Of a DNA stretch of 64,000 nt, positions 11,437 to 21,882 are shown piece by piece. The number at the start of each line of letters is the position of its first letter. Within the stretch, counting starts at the first letter, position 1. The position numbers were made by a program, and so were the translations under genes. Origin of the DNA: Candidatus Gastranaerophilales bacterium (GTDB taxonomy: Bacteria; Cyanobacteriota; Vampirovibrionia; Gastranaerophilales; Gastranaerophilaceae). The notes beneath the pieces are model-generated. The model was not told where the DNA came from. It saw only the letters and a list, made by a program, of their open reading frames with translations, and did not search any database. The stretch lies in contig CAKMWI010000008.1 of NCBI GenBank assembly GCA_928722015.1, positions 212,837 through 276,836 of the forward strand, in the 5' to 3' direction.

Positions 11437-13086
11437 TTATGATAACAAAGATTTTGCAAATTCAATTGACTGTTCATTAATTTCTCCTCCTGCTAATTCT
11501 GCAAGAGCTTTAATTTTGTTATCACCATTTAAAACGTAGACTTCAACTTTTGTTTCATCTTCTTGTGATTTTCTTACGTAAAAATGTTTGTCTGATTTTG
11601 AGGCTATTATTGCTTGGTGTGTTATGACAATTACTTGGTGAGATTTACTTAATTCAACAATCTCATCGGCTACACTTTGGGAAGCTTTTCCTGATATTCC
11701 GGTGTCGATTTCATCAAAAATTACAGTGTCAATATCGTCATTTTGTGCGAATATTGATTTTATTGCAAGCATAACTCTTGAAATTTCTCCTCCGGATGCA
11801 ACTTTTGCCAGTGGTTTTAAGGACTCTGATACATTTGTAGATATCATAAATTCAACATTATCAATTCCATTTTGAGATAGTTCTTTAGGTTTTATTTGGA
11901 TTTCAAACTTTGCTTTTGGTAATTCAAGTGCTGCAAGTTTATCTTGAATCAGGACAGATAGTACTTGTGCATAATTTTGTCTGCTTTCACTTATTTGTTT
12001 TCCTAATTTTAAAAGTTCTTGTTCTGATATTTTAATTTCGTTTTCCAATGTTTCAATATTTTTTGTTGAATATTCTATATTTGCAAGTTCTTCTGAATAT
12101 TCGTTATAATTTTGAAGTACAGCTTCTAGCGAACCGCCATATTTTCTTTTTAATTTATCCAAAATGAACAGTCTTTCTTGTATTTGATCAAGTCGTTGTG
12201 TATCATTATCAAGGGATTGACTGTAATTCCTCAATTCTGATGATATATCTTTAAGATTCTCGAATACGTCAATAAATTGTTGATTAATTCCTTCCAGTTT
12301 ATCATCGTAACTGCTAGCTTTTGAAATATCATTTTTAATTTTTGACATAGCTTCTAATATTGAACCGTCATCACCATTTATTGCCCAGTAGGATGCACCT
12401 GTTAATTCTTTTAATTTTTCGGCATTTTCAAGAATTTCAAGTTCCTGCTCGAGTTCTGTATCTTCGGTTGAACTTTTTATTTCTGCAGATTCGATTTCAT
12501 TTATTTGAAATTTTAAGAATTCAATTTGTGATTCTGTTGCATTTGTATTATTTTTTGCAAGTTCAAGCTTTTTTTGTAGTTCTTCATATTCTTTATAGAT
12601 ATTTTTATATTGTTGTAGCGTTTTGCCATAGTCGTCTTTACCGTATGAATCAAGAAGATTTATGTGGTATTGCGGTTGTAAAAAAGTGTATGTTTGATGT
12701 TGAGAATGGATATCAACAAATAAGGTTCTTAAGTTTTTCAAAAGTTCTTGATTAACTAATGTTCCGTTTATTCTTGATTTTACAGCGCTTTGGGTGATTT
12801 CTTTAGTTATTACGACTTCTGAGCCAAGATTATCAATTCCGTTGTCTGCAAATAATTGAGAAAGATTATGTTTTGTATTCTCAAGTGTAATTTCAATTAC
12901 AGCTTTATCACATCCTGTTTTTATAACATCTTTTGATACTCTTGATGAAAATACAAGGTCTATGGCATTTAAAAGTATACTTTTCCCTGCGCCAGTTTCA
13001 CCGGTAATAATATTAAGTTTATTATCGAATGTAGCGCACAGTTCATCTATTAAAATATAATCTTTTAGTCTTAACTGTTTAATCAT
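11437..13086 (-). CDS. recN: DNA repair protein RecN
   Basis: N-terminus MIKQLRLKDYILIDELCATFDNKLNIITGETGAGKSILLNAIDLVFS (Walker A). Central coiled coil. The C-terminal ABC signature region is typical of RecN. Length 549 aa. Confidence 0.9.
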   Translation of the reverse strand: MIKQLRLKDYILIDELCATFDNKLNIITGETGAGKSILLNAIDLVFSSRVSKDVIKTGCDKAVIEITLENTKHNLSQLFADNGIDNLGSEVVITKEITQSAVKSRINGTLVNQELLKNLRTLFVDIHSQHQTYTFLQPQYHINLLDSYGKDDYGKTLQQYKNIYKEYEELQKKLELAKNNTNATESQIEFLKFQINEIESAEIKSSTEDTELEQELEILENAEKLKELTGASYWAINGDDGSILEAMSKIKNDISKASSYDDKLEGINQQFIDVFENLKDISSELRNYSQSLDNDTQRLDQIQERLFILDKLKRKYGGSLEAVLQNYNEYSEELANIEYSTKNIETLENEIKISEQELLKLGKQISESRQNYAQVLSVLIQDKLAALELPKAKFEIQIKPKELSQNGIDNVEFMISTNVSESLKPLAKVASGGEISRVMLAIKSIFAQNDDIDTVIFDEIDTGISGKASQSVADEIVELSKSHQVIVITHQAIIASKSDKHFYVRKSQEDETKVEVYVLNGDNKIKALAELAGGEINEQSIEFAKSLLS

Positions 13087-13110
13087 ATCCGTAATATTTT
13101 TCTAGATTAC

Positions 13111-14403
13111 TTATACATTTGCTCCACAGCATTTTTTATATTTTTTACCGCTACCGCATGGACATGGATCATTTCTGCCTATTTTTTTAGATGTATCAAT
13201 CTCCGGTTTATTTTCATTGTCTTCAATAATTCCCAGGGTACTTGAAAATGCATTTGAACGGTATAGTACGGTTGTTGAAGATATAATTTTATTATCTAAG
13301 TATCTTCGTTTATATTTTTTTAGTAACTCTTCCAATGTATAATTTTTAGCTAAAACCGCATTAACAATTTCCATAAAGTTTTTATGTTTATCTGCAACCA
13401 TTCTAATAAGATTTGCCGAATATTTATCATTCTCAAGAAAATATTTAATGCAGGCATCAAAGTTTAATATCTTAGTATAATCTTTGACTTCAAAAATTTT
13501 GTTAAATGTTCCATAAAAAGGAATTGCATAGAGTCCTAATTCCTTATCATAGATAATTCCCACATCATAAGTTTCTTTGTGTGAAGAAAAACCACCCAGT
13601 GAGTTTTCAAGGAAATTATCATAAGAATTATTAAATTCACTAACACTGAAATATCTGTATTCTTCAGGTTCTTTAATTAATTCTTTATAATCGGACTTGT
13701 TTCCTTCTTCCGCGTAATCATTGAATATGCCGATTAAATCATCCGCATATTTATTTGTGGTGATAATTTCGGTTGTTCCGAAAAATTCCATAAATTTGTT
13801 GTAAATATCTGCTACATCTTCTTCAATTTCTTTTTGTTTTTCAGGATTATCAAGATAAACCAGTTCAGGATTTTGTATAATTTTTGCTACGGCAAAACGA
13901 TATGCATCATCTTTTCTTGTTGCAGGCAAAACTCCTGATATTTCCAACAGAAAATAATCCCCATTGATATTAACAATTCTTGCTATTATATAATCACCTG
14001 AGCCTAAACCTCTAAATGCTGTCATTTTCATAAGAGAGGTAATAATATACCTACGTTCATTAACAATATTTAGTAAGTCAAATCCGGTTTTGGTTACCTT
14101 TTTGATTTCAAAAACTGAAGAAATTGAATTATCTATTGCTTTTACAACATCTTTAGTTTCTTTATCTAGTCCTTTCGTATTTTCTAAATATAGTTGAGGA
14201 ATACTTTTTAAATCTTCTCCAAGATTTCTTTCCAAAATATAGCTGAAGCATGCAGTTTGCAAAGGAATACCATTTTTTGAAGATGCTCCGATTGTCTTTA
14301 GGTATTCATTGAAATCGATTTTTATTTCTTCATGATTTTGTATAAACTCTGCTATGTTTTTAATTACGCCATTTATGCTATCCATGCGTTCTTGTATATT
14401 CAT
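13111..14403 (-). CDS. SEC-C motif domain protein, function unknown
   Basis: The C-terminus [22 protein letters not shown] is a SEC-C metal-binding motif. The preceding ~400 aa have no recognisable similarity. Confidence 0.6.
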   Translation of the reverse strand: MNIQERMDSINGVIKNIAEFIQNHEEIKIDFNEYLKTIGASSKNGIPLQTACFSYILERNLGEDLKSIPQLYLENTKGLDKETKDVVKAIDNSISSVFEIKKVTKTGFDLLNIVNERRYIITSLMKMTAFRGLGSGDYIIARIVNINGDYFLLEISGVLPATRKDDAYRFAVAKIIQNPELVYLDNPEKQKEIEEDVADIYNKFMEFFGTTEIITTNKYADDLIGIFNDYAEEGNKSDYKELIKEPEEYRYFSVSEFNNSYDNFLENSLGGFSSHKETYDVGIIYDKELGLYAIPFYGTFNKIFEVKDYTKILNFDACIKYFLENDKYSANLIRMVADKHKNFMEIVNAVLAKNYTLEELLKKYKRRYLDNKIISSTTVLYRSNAFSSTLGIIEDNENKPEIDTSKKIGRNDPCPCGSGKKYKKCCGANV

Positions 14404-14511
14404 GTTGTCTCCCCTTTGTAACGTATATTTAGAATAGTATATTTAGAATATAATTAATTCTGTAAAAACACAATATATTAAGATTTTCTCAAAGTTGATT
14501 AAAGTTTACAA

Positions 14512-15009
14512 CTAGTCTGTCAGTTTAAAATCTCCATTCTTTTTTATATGTTCGACTAGGCCTCCGTCTTTTAGTAATTTTATCATAACTGGAGGTAATG
14601 GCTCTATTTGTATAATTGTGCCATTTGTAAGATTAGTTATAATCCCTTTTTCTATGTCCAGCTCTAATTCATCTCCTTCATCAATAGAGTCAGTATCACA
14701 TTCGATTGCTAAGAGTCCGATGTTTATGGCATTTCTATAGAATATTCTGGCAAAGGATTTTGCTAGAACCGCACCAACTCCGGCAATTTTCATAATTAGA
14801 GGAGCATGCTCTCTGGATGAGCCTAATCCAAAATTGCTCCCTGCTACAACAAAATCACCCTTTTTCATTCGAGAGGCAAATGTTTCATCAGCATCTTCCA
14901 GTACATGTTTTGCAAATTCCGGTAAATTTGATCTTAAATGATACAATCTTCCTGGTGCAATGTGGTCTGTTGAGATGTTGTCTCCGAATTTGAATGCTGT
15001 TCCCTTCAT
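14512..15009 (-). CDS. 3-isopropylmalate dehydratase small subunit-like (LeuD / aconitase swivel-domain family)
   Basis: The 165-aa protein reads GDNISTDHIAPGRLYH...VVAGSNFGLGSSREHAPL...FARIFYRNAINIGLL, matching the LeuD/aconitase C-terminal domain. No LeuC-like large subunit is present in the window. Confidence 0.7.
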   Translation of the reverse strand: MKGTAFKFGDNISTDHIAPGRLYHLRSNLPEFAKHVLEDADETFASRMKKGDFVVAGSNFGLGSSREHAPLIMKIAGVGAVLAKSFARIFYRNAINIGLLAIECDTDSIDEGDELELDIEKGIITNLTNGTIIQIEPLPPVMIKLLKDGGLVEHIKKNGDFKLTD

Positions 15010-15068
15010 TATTATCTCCTTTTTTATTTATATACTATCGCAAAAACAAAATCTATGCTATAATAATA

Positions 15069-15707
15069 ATGGATGGTAACAATATGTATTTTAATAGAAA
15101 ATGTAAAATAACCTTTATATGCCACGGTGCAACTATATATTCGGAAGAGGGAAGATTTTCTGATGCTGAAAATTACCCCCCTTTATCTGAACTTGGTATT
15201 GAAGAAATGGAAGCTATTAACAAATATTTAAAAGCGCGTGGGGTAAAAAATGATGTTATTTATACTTCCAATTCGGTAAGAACTGTTCAATCGGCTATGA
15301 TGGTGGCTAAGCTGTTCCGGAAAGATTATGTAATAGTAGATGAGCTTAAGACACGGCAGTGTGGAAAGTGGAACGGGTTAACGTTTTCACAGATAGAAAA
15401 AGCTTATCCCGGGGGCTTTGAAAAGATTTTATCGGAACCGGACAAAAAAACTGTGGCAGAAGCCGAAAGTTCTGTGGAATTTATATCCAGAATTAAAAAG
15501 GTTATTGATGAACTTGTAGCACAAAATATAGGTAATAGAATTATTATTGTTACTCATCCTGAGGTTATCCAAGCTGCTATATGTGCGGCTCTTGATATTC
15601 CAGCTGATAAACTCCCTAAAATATTTATCAGAACCGGTAGTGCTACTCAAATTAGTTATTTTGAGGGTTGGTCAAGTCTTGTTTATTCTGATTATGTCCC
15701 TATATAG
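15069..15707 (+). CDS. Histidine phosphatase family protein (phosphoglycerate mutase-like)
   Basis: ITFICHGATIYSEEGRF...YTSNSVRTVQSA resembles the RHG-type histidine phosphatase fold. The internal ATG at 15069 was chosen because the track start at 14994 overlaps the convergent leuD-like gene. Confidence 0.6.
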   Translation: MDGNNMYFNRKCKITFICHGATIYSEEGRFSDAENYPPLSELGIEEMEAINKYLKARGVKNDVIYTSNSVRTVQSAMMVAKLFRKDYVIVDELKTRQCGKWNGLTFSQIEKAYPGGFEKILSEPDKKTVAEAESSVEFISRIKKVIDELVAQNIGNRIIIVTHPEVIQAAICAALDIPADKLPKIFIRTGSATQISYFEGWSSLVYSDYVPI

Positions 15708-15718
15708 TAATTTTTAAT

Positions 15719-17284
15719 TTATTGTTCAAGTAATCGTTTACTTTCTTGTATAAGAAAGTCTTTGCCTGGCTTTATTTCAATAAAATCCCAAGGAAAAGTT
15801 TTATTGTAGGCATAATTTTCAGTAGCATAATAATCAGTGTTTATACCTAGTTTTTTTGCGGCTTTTTTGAATGCTCCAAGTTTAGCTCCTGATTTATAGA
15901 CTTCAATGATGTAATCTGTAAGTTTAGCATCCCCTCTGGATAATACTGCCTGATAATAATCCCATTTTGCACTTGATATGCTTGCTTGAATACCTAACTT
16001 ATGAAGTTCTTTTCTTAAATATAATGATTTTTCTTCCAGTGATTTTTCATCATCTCTACCAAACCATTGGAATGGAGTGTTTGCCTTTGGTACGAACGTT
16101 GAAAATCCGAATGAAATATCAAAATCTTTATATTTTGCTTTAATTCTTTTTGCAAGGTTTACTATTTCTTGAATATCTTCAAATGTTTCGGTTGGAAGTC
16201 CTATCATTCCATAAAATTTTATCCCATGTAACCCGCACTGTTTTGCCACTTCTATTGCATTGTAGATTTGTGTTTCTTCAAGATTTTTGTTTATAACTTT
16301 TCTAAGTCTTTCACTACCTGCTTCTATTGCTAAAGTAAGATTTTTTTGTCCTGCATCAACAAGTGTTTGAACTACTTCCGGAATGAATGAGTCTACGCGA
16401 AGCGAGGATACACTCATTTCAATGTTTTTACCATTTTTGATTTTATTATCTATGTATTTACAAATGTCTTTAAATCTCGGGTGTGCAGTAATTTGTGCCC
16501 CAAGAAGTGCCAGTTTGTTTGTGTATTTTAGTCCAAGTTCTATTGTTTCTATTATTTTCTCATATTCAACAAACCTGATTGGTAAATTCATATATGAAGC
16601 CAGGCAAAAACCGCATCTGTTTGCGCAGCCTCTTTCTACCTCTAATATAAATGTATTTGAAAAGAAAGCATTTGGACTTATTATTGGAGTATAGATACAT
16701 TCGGATAATTTCTTTGTTATTTTTTTTACGGTAGTCTGTTTTAATGAAGGAACATATATTCCTTCTATCTGGCTGAGTTTTTCTAAAATTTCTTTTTTAG
16801 TTTTGTTTTTATTTTCTTTGCATATTTGTATTGCTTCGATATTTATATCTTCGCCATCGCCAATTATCAGAAAATCAAATATTTCTTTATATGGTTCAGG
16901 ATTAGATGTGATAACCGGTCCACCGGCAAATATTAACGGAGCTTTTTCATCTCTGTCTTTTGCTTTAAATTCATATTTATTCCAATCCAAAAAGTGGAAT
17001 ATTGAAAGAAAATCCATATCAAACGTAAATGAATATCCGATTAAATCAATTTTATCCTTATGTATTTTTGTGGTTTTTGTGTCTGAGTATATTCGTTCAA
17101 TATTTACGCCATCCAGCATATCAATTGATTTATAAAGCCACAAGTAGCCTAATGATGATAAAGCAAATGATTCCGGTCCGGGGAATGCAAACCACATATT
17201 GAAGTCGTAATTTCTTGTAAGTTCGCGGTTATATAAAAATATTTCATTGTTAGTTTTCAATATTTGACTCCAATTCTTTTGCAT
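15719..17284 (-). CDS. B12-binding-domain radical SAM protein, TIGR03960-like (unfused paralog)
   Basis: N-terminus ...WFAFPGPESFALSSLGYLWLY. Radical SAM Cys motif CANRCGFCLASYM. It is a paralog of the N-terminal half of the 50883-53408 gene. Confidence 0.75.
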   Translation of the reverse strand: MQKNWSQILKTNNEIFLYNRELTRNYDFNMWFAFPGPESFALSSLGYLWLYKSIDMLDGVNIERIYSDTKTTKIHKDKIDLIGYSFTFDMDFLSIFHFLDWNKYEFKAKDRDEKAPLIFAGGPVITSNPEPYKEIFDFLIIGDGEDINIEAIQICKENKNKTKKEILEKLSQIEGIYVPSLKQTTVKKITKKLSECIYTPIISPNAFFSNTFILEVERGCANRCGFCLASYMNLPIRFVEYEKIIETIELGLKYTNKLALLGAQITAHPRFKDICKYIDNKIKNGKNIEMSVSSLRVDSFIPEVVQTLVDAGQKNLTLAIEAGSERLRKVINKNLEETQIYNAIEVAKQCGLHGIKFYGMIGLPTETFEDIQEIVNLAKRIKAKYKDFDISFGFSTFVPKANTPFQWFGRDDEKSLEEKSLYLRKELHKLGIQASISSAKWDYYQAVLSRGDAKLTDYIIEVYKSGAKLGAFKKAAKKLGINTDYYATENYAYNKTFPWDFIEIKPGKDFLIQESKRLLEQ

Positions 17285-18296
17285 TTATTGGAGAAAGGTA
17301 TAGTTCATCAATTAATACACAAATAGTAGCTGCAATTGCCGGTGAAAGTATTACTCCCCATACTCCTAGAAATTCCTCTGCGGCAAATAGTGCTACCATA
17401 ATTGTTATCGGATGAAGTTTCATAAATTTGCCAAATAAAAACGGTCTTATCATGTAATTTGATATTTGTTGTATAGCAAGGAATAATACGATTGCCATAA
17501 TAATTTTGCCGGTTCCCAGCGGAAATGCAATTGCAACTATTACCGCAATCGAAATTGTAGGGCCTAGTATTGGTATAATTTCGCAAATACCTGCTATTAA
17601 ACCTAATAATATAGGATATTCTATTCCTAACAGTGCAACTTCCACAGTTACCATAATACCTACAGTAACCATTGACAATACCTGAGCTCGTACATAATTA
17701 CCGACTTTTGAGGTTATATTAAACAGAATATAACCAGCTTTTTCTTTAAGGTCTGGTGGGAAAAATTCTAGGAATTTTCCTCTTAAGTAATCTTTATCTA
17801 CTAGTATGTAATAAATAAACATCGTAAGTGCAAGGGTAACAAATATTGCTTGAGCTGCTGACATTGTGAAGTTTACCCCTTGATTAAGTACATTTTGGGC
17901 AATGTTAGAGGAAGCATGCGCAAGATTGTCCATCGGTATCAGTTCAGCTATAGTATGTCCGTAAAGTTTTGATTGAGTTATAAAATTGTAAAGATTTGCA
18001 GCTTTTTGCGGCATTATAGATATAAACAACTCAATTTCTTTATAGCACATAACAATTATTGGTAAAATCAGTGCAAATAATGCAATAATAGCAGTTAAAA
18101 CGATAACAGTTGCTGATACTGCACGATTTTTTATTTTCTCTTGCAGTTTGTTTACGAATGGATTTAGTGCTGCTGCAAATACAAAAGATGCAAATAGTAT
18201 CATCAATAATCCATACATCTTTGGGATTAAAAACAGTATAAGTATAGTAAGGATTGTGAAAATTATTGTTTTAATATTCAAAAATTTCTTTATCAT
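17250..18296 (-). CDS. AI-2E family transporter (PerM/YdiK-like membrane protein)
   Basis: Eight predicted TM segments. The conserved ...GICEIIPILGPTISIAVIVAIAFPLGTG... region is typical of the AI-2E family. It overlaps the upstream gene end by 35 nt. Confidence 0.75.
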   Translation of the reverse strand: MIKKFLNIKTIIFTILTILILFLIPKMYGLLMILFASFVFAAALNPFVNKLQEKIKNRAVSATVIVLTAIIALFALILPIIVMCYKEIELFISIMPQKAANLYNFITQSKLYGHTIAELIPMDNLAHASSNIAQNVLNQGVNFTMSAAQAIFVTLALTMFIYYILVDKDYLRGKFLEFFPPDLKEKAGYILFNITSKVGNYVRAQVLSMVTVGIMVTVEVALLGIEYPILLGLIAGICEIIPILGPTISIAVIVAIAFPLGTGKIIMAIVLFLAIQQISNYMIRPFLFGKFMKLHPITIMVALFAAEEFLGVWGVILSPAIAATICVLIDELYLSPINAKELESNIEN

Positions 18297-18536
18297 ATTA
18301 TATATTCTTTCTATGTTGCTAATTTGATGTTTGAATAATACAAAAAATAAATTTATTTTTCAACTGTAAATATAGGCGTAAATACTTGAATAGATATATG
18401 TTTATATAAATTATATATACTTAATTATTTACTTAGTTTGTAATATTTCTTTACATTATTAAAATAAAAAGGCAATTATCAATTAAACAAATACTTTATA
18501 TAATTACGAGGACACTAACACAAGGATACTAGAACA

Positions 18537-19118
18537 ATGGGTTTCTTATTAGGCGCATTTGGAAAATTGGCTGCCGGCAGTCGAGTCAGATCACTGCAAG
18601 CAAAAATGATGCGTATTCAATCTAGATTGAGACGCGCCACCCGCGATGCTGCCGATATGGAAAAAATGATAAATAGACAAGAAAAAGCTGCATTAAACAG
18701 CTTAACTTGTCAATCATCCATGGCTATGAATATGGCTAAACAGGGATTGATGAGTTCTATCTTTGGTTCTGGTACTGCGGCTGCTTTAATGGCCAAGGTT
18801 AATAGTGGTACACAATTGACAACTGATGAAAATACTTCTTATCAAAACTTGATGACTCAATTTAATCAAATGTCAACTAATATGTCTGCAACTTGTGAAA
18901 CTTCAGCTGCAATGCAAAAGCAGCAAATTCAAGATTACTTCGAGCAGATGAGAGAATTGCAACTCGAACCGTTAAAAGACGAAGAAGAATTGTTGCAATC
19001 AGAAAAAGATTCTTTGGAATCTCAAATCCAGGTTGCTCAAGCAGATTACGAAGCTTGCAAGAAAATGGAACAAGCAGATGCAAAGAATTTGGCACCAAGC
19101 TACACAGGAGCAGCTTAA
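18537..19118 (+). CDS. Hypothetical coiled-coil/Gln-Met-rich protein
   Basis: 193 aa with an RBS AAGGA 10 nt upstream. The N-terminus MGFLLGAFGKLAAGSRVRSLQAKMMRIQSRL shares a short motif with the 26547 ORF. Confidence 0.5.
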   Translation: MGFLLGAFGKLAAGSRVRSLQAKMMRIQSRLRRATRDAADMEKMINRQEKAALNSLTCQSSMAMNMAKQGLMSSIFGSGTAAALMAKVNSGTQLTTDENTSYQNLMTQFNQMSTNMSATCETSAAMQKQQIQDYFEQMRELQLEPLKDEEELLQSEKDSLESQIQVAQADYEACKKMEQADAKNLAPSYTGAA

Positions 19119-19130
19119 TAAAGGATTTTA

Positions 19131-19166
19131 TGCAAAAGAGCTCTCGGGATCCACCGAGAGCTCTTT
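19131..19166 (+). terminator. Strong intrinsic terminator hairpin
   Basis: The 10-11-bp stem AGAGCTCTCGG / CCGAGAGCTCT has loop GATCCA. It is followed by TTTCAGTTT. Confidence 0.7.
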
Positions 19167-19251
19167 CAGTTTATAAATAAAATTTTATTATACTTTATTA
19201 AATTCTGTTAATCAATTTTACAAATTTTATATTATGGGATAAAATATAGAC

Positions 19252-20316
19252 ATGGAAAATTTGAGTTTAAATGAGAAGATTAACGAATTAGTCGTTAAGA
19301 TGGCTAAAGAGCCGGATAATATTGAAAATTATCATCACTTATCAGAATTGTATTTGCAGCAGCAGGATTATGATAAGGTTATGTCTGTATTGGACAGCCT
19401 GTTAGCAATAAAACCTGATGATGTGCAAGCATTGGTAGGTATGGGAACAATGTGGTTTTATGAACGTGATTTTAGGAAGTCATTGTCTTATTATAATAAG
19501 GCTCTTGAAATAAATCCTAAAAACTTTTTGATATATTACAATATTGGTAATGTATTTGCGGAGTGGAAAAATTTTTCTAAGGCATTGTTTTATTATAACC
19601 GTGCTATTGATTTAAATTCTGAAAACCCTGAAATTTATAATGCAATTGCACTCTTATATCAAGACATAGAGGATTATGTTGAAGCTAAGGCCTATTATGA
19701 GAAGGCTTTATCGTTGGATCCAGAAAATGTAAATGCTCTTATTGATATGGGGAATGTTTGCTTTAAGCTTTTTGATTATGAGACTGCTCTAAAACTTTTT
19801 AAGAAGGTTTTTGTTCTTAATCCTGATAATGAGCTTATTGCTGTTTGTATAGCAAATGCTCTTACTTTAATGAAAGAAAGAGAACAAGCTTATTCATACT
19901 ATGAAAAAGCCCTTTCTATGACTGATGATAAATACCGGATTTATATTTGTTATGCCATATCGTTAACTGAATTTAAAGAGTTTGATATGGCTGAAGAAAT
20001 GTTCAAACGTGCTATTGAATTTGATTCGAAAAAATCAAATGCTTATGTTCTCTTAGCTAATTTATATTCAAATTCTGATAGAATTAAAGAAGCTATTGAT
20101 TTATACAGAAAAGCTCTGCAGGTTGAACCTAATAATCCTGAAACTTATACGTTGCTTGGAAATGCTCATTTCTTGGATAATGATATAGAACAGGCAATTT
20201 CTTCTTATCGTGCGTCAATAAGCCTTGCTCCTGATAATGATGAATACAGACTTATTTATAGTCAGGTAATGGAAGATTATGTATCATCAGTTCGTGGAGT
20301 AGGTAATGATGCGTAA
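19252..20316 (+). CDS. Tetratricopeptide repeat (TPR) protein
   Basis: There are more than 8 consecutive 34-aa TPR units with the W/Y..A...Y..AL...P pattern. Confidence 0.8.
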   Translation: MENLSLNEKINELVVKMAKEPDNIENYHHLSELYLQQQDYDKVMSVLDSLLAIKPDDVQALVGMGTMWFYERDFRKSLSYYNKALEINPKNFLIYYNIGNVFAEWKNFSKALFYYNRAIDLNSENPEIYNAIALLYQDIEDYVEAKAYYEKALSLDPENVNALIDMGNVCFKLFDYETALKLFKKVFVLNPDNELIAVCIANALTLMKEREQAYSYYEKALSMTDDKYRIYICYAISLTEFKEFDMAEEMFKRAIEFDSKKSNAYVLLANLYSNSDRIKEAIDLYRKALQVEPNNPETYTLLGNAHFLDNDIEQAISSYRASISLAPDNDEYRLIYSQVMEDYVSSVRGVGNDA

Positions 20317-20716
20317 CTATCACACCCCTGTAGTTTCTGATAGAATAGTTTCTTTTTTGAGCTATATTACTGCCGGGTGGGCTGGTTTAATTTTTTGTGT
20401 AATTTTGTATTTTCGAAAAAAATTACCTTCCAGATTTTTAAGATTTAATGTGTTTCAGTCTATATTTATATCATTATTGTATTTTATTTTATGTATGGTG
20501 TTAGGCTTTATATTTGATTTACTTTTACATGTCCCATTTATAAATTATCTTGTATCGCAAATTTTATTAATTTTTAACAGACCTGTTTTTTATGATTATT
20601 CTATTATACAAATTTTTATGATTGGATTATTCTTGTATATGGCTTTGTTCTCGTTATTCGGAAGATATCCAAGAATTTATAAAATTTCGTCAATAATAGA
20701 TCATGCTGCAGGCTAG
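20306..20716 (+). CDS. Small polytopic membrane protein, function unknown
   Basis: 136 aa with four hydrophobic segments. It overlaps the TPR gene stop by 11 nt, suggesting translational coupling. Confidence 0.45.
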   Translation: MMRNYHTPVVSDRIVSFLSYITAGWAGLIFCVILYFRKKLPSRFLRFNVFQSIFISLLYFILCMVLGFIFDLLLHVPFINYLVSQILLIFNRPVFYDYSIIQIFMIGLFLYMALFSLFGRYPRIYKISSIIDHAAG

Positions 20717-20801
20717 TCCTAAAAATTTTATCTTTATAATATTAAAACTAAGCTGACTAAATTTACAATGAAAATTTCGGCTATAAGTTCTTAATATTCT
20801 G

Positions 20802-20845
20802 TTGACAATTAACTTTGCTTGATGTTTGATAGATATGTACTAGTC
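20802..20845 (+). promoter_or_regulatory. Candidate sigma-70-type promoter of the rpsL-rpsG operon
   Basis: A perfect TTGACA at 20802-20807 is followed at 17-18 nt by a weak -10 (TTTGAT / TAGATA). It lies ~150 nt upstream of the rpsL ATG. Confidence 0.3.
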
Positions 20846-20959
20846 GAAATTTTCGTGCTGGATTTGACGGTTAGTATAAGATGTGAAGTCGAGACGCGAA
20901 GCCCAAGCTCTCAATAGGACTTATGCAGGGCAAATTTGGTAAAATTAAAAGGAGAAATT

Positions 20960-21346
20960 ATGCCAACTATTAATCAGTTAGTACGCGAGGAACGCAGAAA
21001 GCTAAAATCAAAAACTAAATCTCCAGCTTTGATGAATTGTCCTCAAAGACGTGGAGTTTGTACAAGGGTTTATACTACAACCCCTAAAAAACCAAACTCA
21101 GCACTTAGAAAAGTTGCCAGAGTCAGATTAACTAACGGATTTGAAGTTACTTCTTATATTCCGGGTATCGGTCATAACTTACAAGAACACAGCGTTGTTC
21201 TTATCCGTGGCGGTCGTGTTAAAGATTTACCTGGTGTTCGTTATCACATTGTTCGCGGTACTTTAGATACTGCAGGTGTTGCTAACAGAGCTCAAAGTAG
21301 ATCAAAATACGGTGCTAAAAGAGATAAAAAAGGAGGTAAGAAGTAA
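20960..21346 (+). CDS. rpsL: 30S ribosomal protein S12
   Basis: [111 protein letters not shown]. It has a Lys-rich C-terminal tail (KRDKKGGKK). Confidence 0.95.
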   Translation: MPTINQLVREERRKLKSKTKSPALMNCPQRRGVCTRVYTTTPKKPNSALRKVARVRLTNGFEVTSYIPGIGHNLQEHSVVLIRGGRVKDLPGVRYHIVRGTLDTAGVANRAQSRSKYGAKRDKKGGKK

Positions 21347-21816
21347 TGTCAAGACGTTCTAAACCTGCAAAAAGAATTCCTTTAGCTGATCCGGTATATA
21401 ATAGTGTTGATATTTCTAAATTTATCAACAGAATTATGAGACGTGGAAAAAAATCTTTAGCTGAAAGAATTTTCTATGCTACTATGGAAAGAATTAAAGA
21501 AAGAACTAATGAAGATCCAATTGAAATTTTTAAGAAAGCTATGACAAATGCTACTCCTTTATTAGAAGTTAAAGCTCGTCGTATTGGTGGTTCTACATAT
21601 CAAGTTCCTATTGAAGTTAAAGCTGATAGAGGTTTTGCATTAGCTTCTTCTTGGTTGATTGAAGCAGCTAAGAAAAGAGGCGGCAAATCATTTATCGAAA
21701 AATTAACTAATGAATTGATTGATGCTTCAAATGCTCAAGGTTCAGCATGTAAAAAACGTGAAGATACTCACAAAATGGCTGAAGCAAATAAAGCATTTGC
21801 TCATTACAGATACTAA
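21346..21816 (+). CDS. rpsG: 30S ribosomal protein S7
   Basis: The TAATG stop/start overlaps rps[21 protein letters not shown]...RGKKSLAERIFY...KARRIGGSTYQVPIEV. Confidence 0.95.
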   Translation: MSRRSKPAKRIPLADPVYNSVDISKFINRIMRRGKKSLAERIFYATMERIKERTNEDPIEIFKKAMTNATPLLEVKARRIGGSTYQVPIEVKADRGFALASSWLIEAAKKRGGKSFIEKLTNELIDASNAQGSACKKREDTHKMAEANKAFAHYRY

Positions 21817-21838
21817 TTTATTGGTTTATAATTTTAAC

Positions 21839-21882
21839 AACGGCACTTGGATACAGGTGCCGTTATTCTTTTCTAATTTTTT
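21839..21882. terminator. Bidirectional intrinsic terminator after rpsG; overlaps the stop codon of the convergent hcp-like gene
   Basis: The stem AACGGCAC / GTGCCGTT has a 10-nt loop. It is followed by ATTCTTTTCTAATTTTTT. Confidence 0.7.

Noticed and set aside
14994-15068. Upstream extension of the histidine phosphatase ORF overlapping the convergent leuD-like gene
   Set aside because: The extension would overlap the 3' end of an opposite-strand gene. An in-frame ATG at 15069 gives a normal-length protein.
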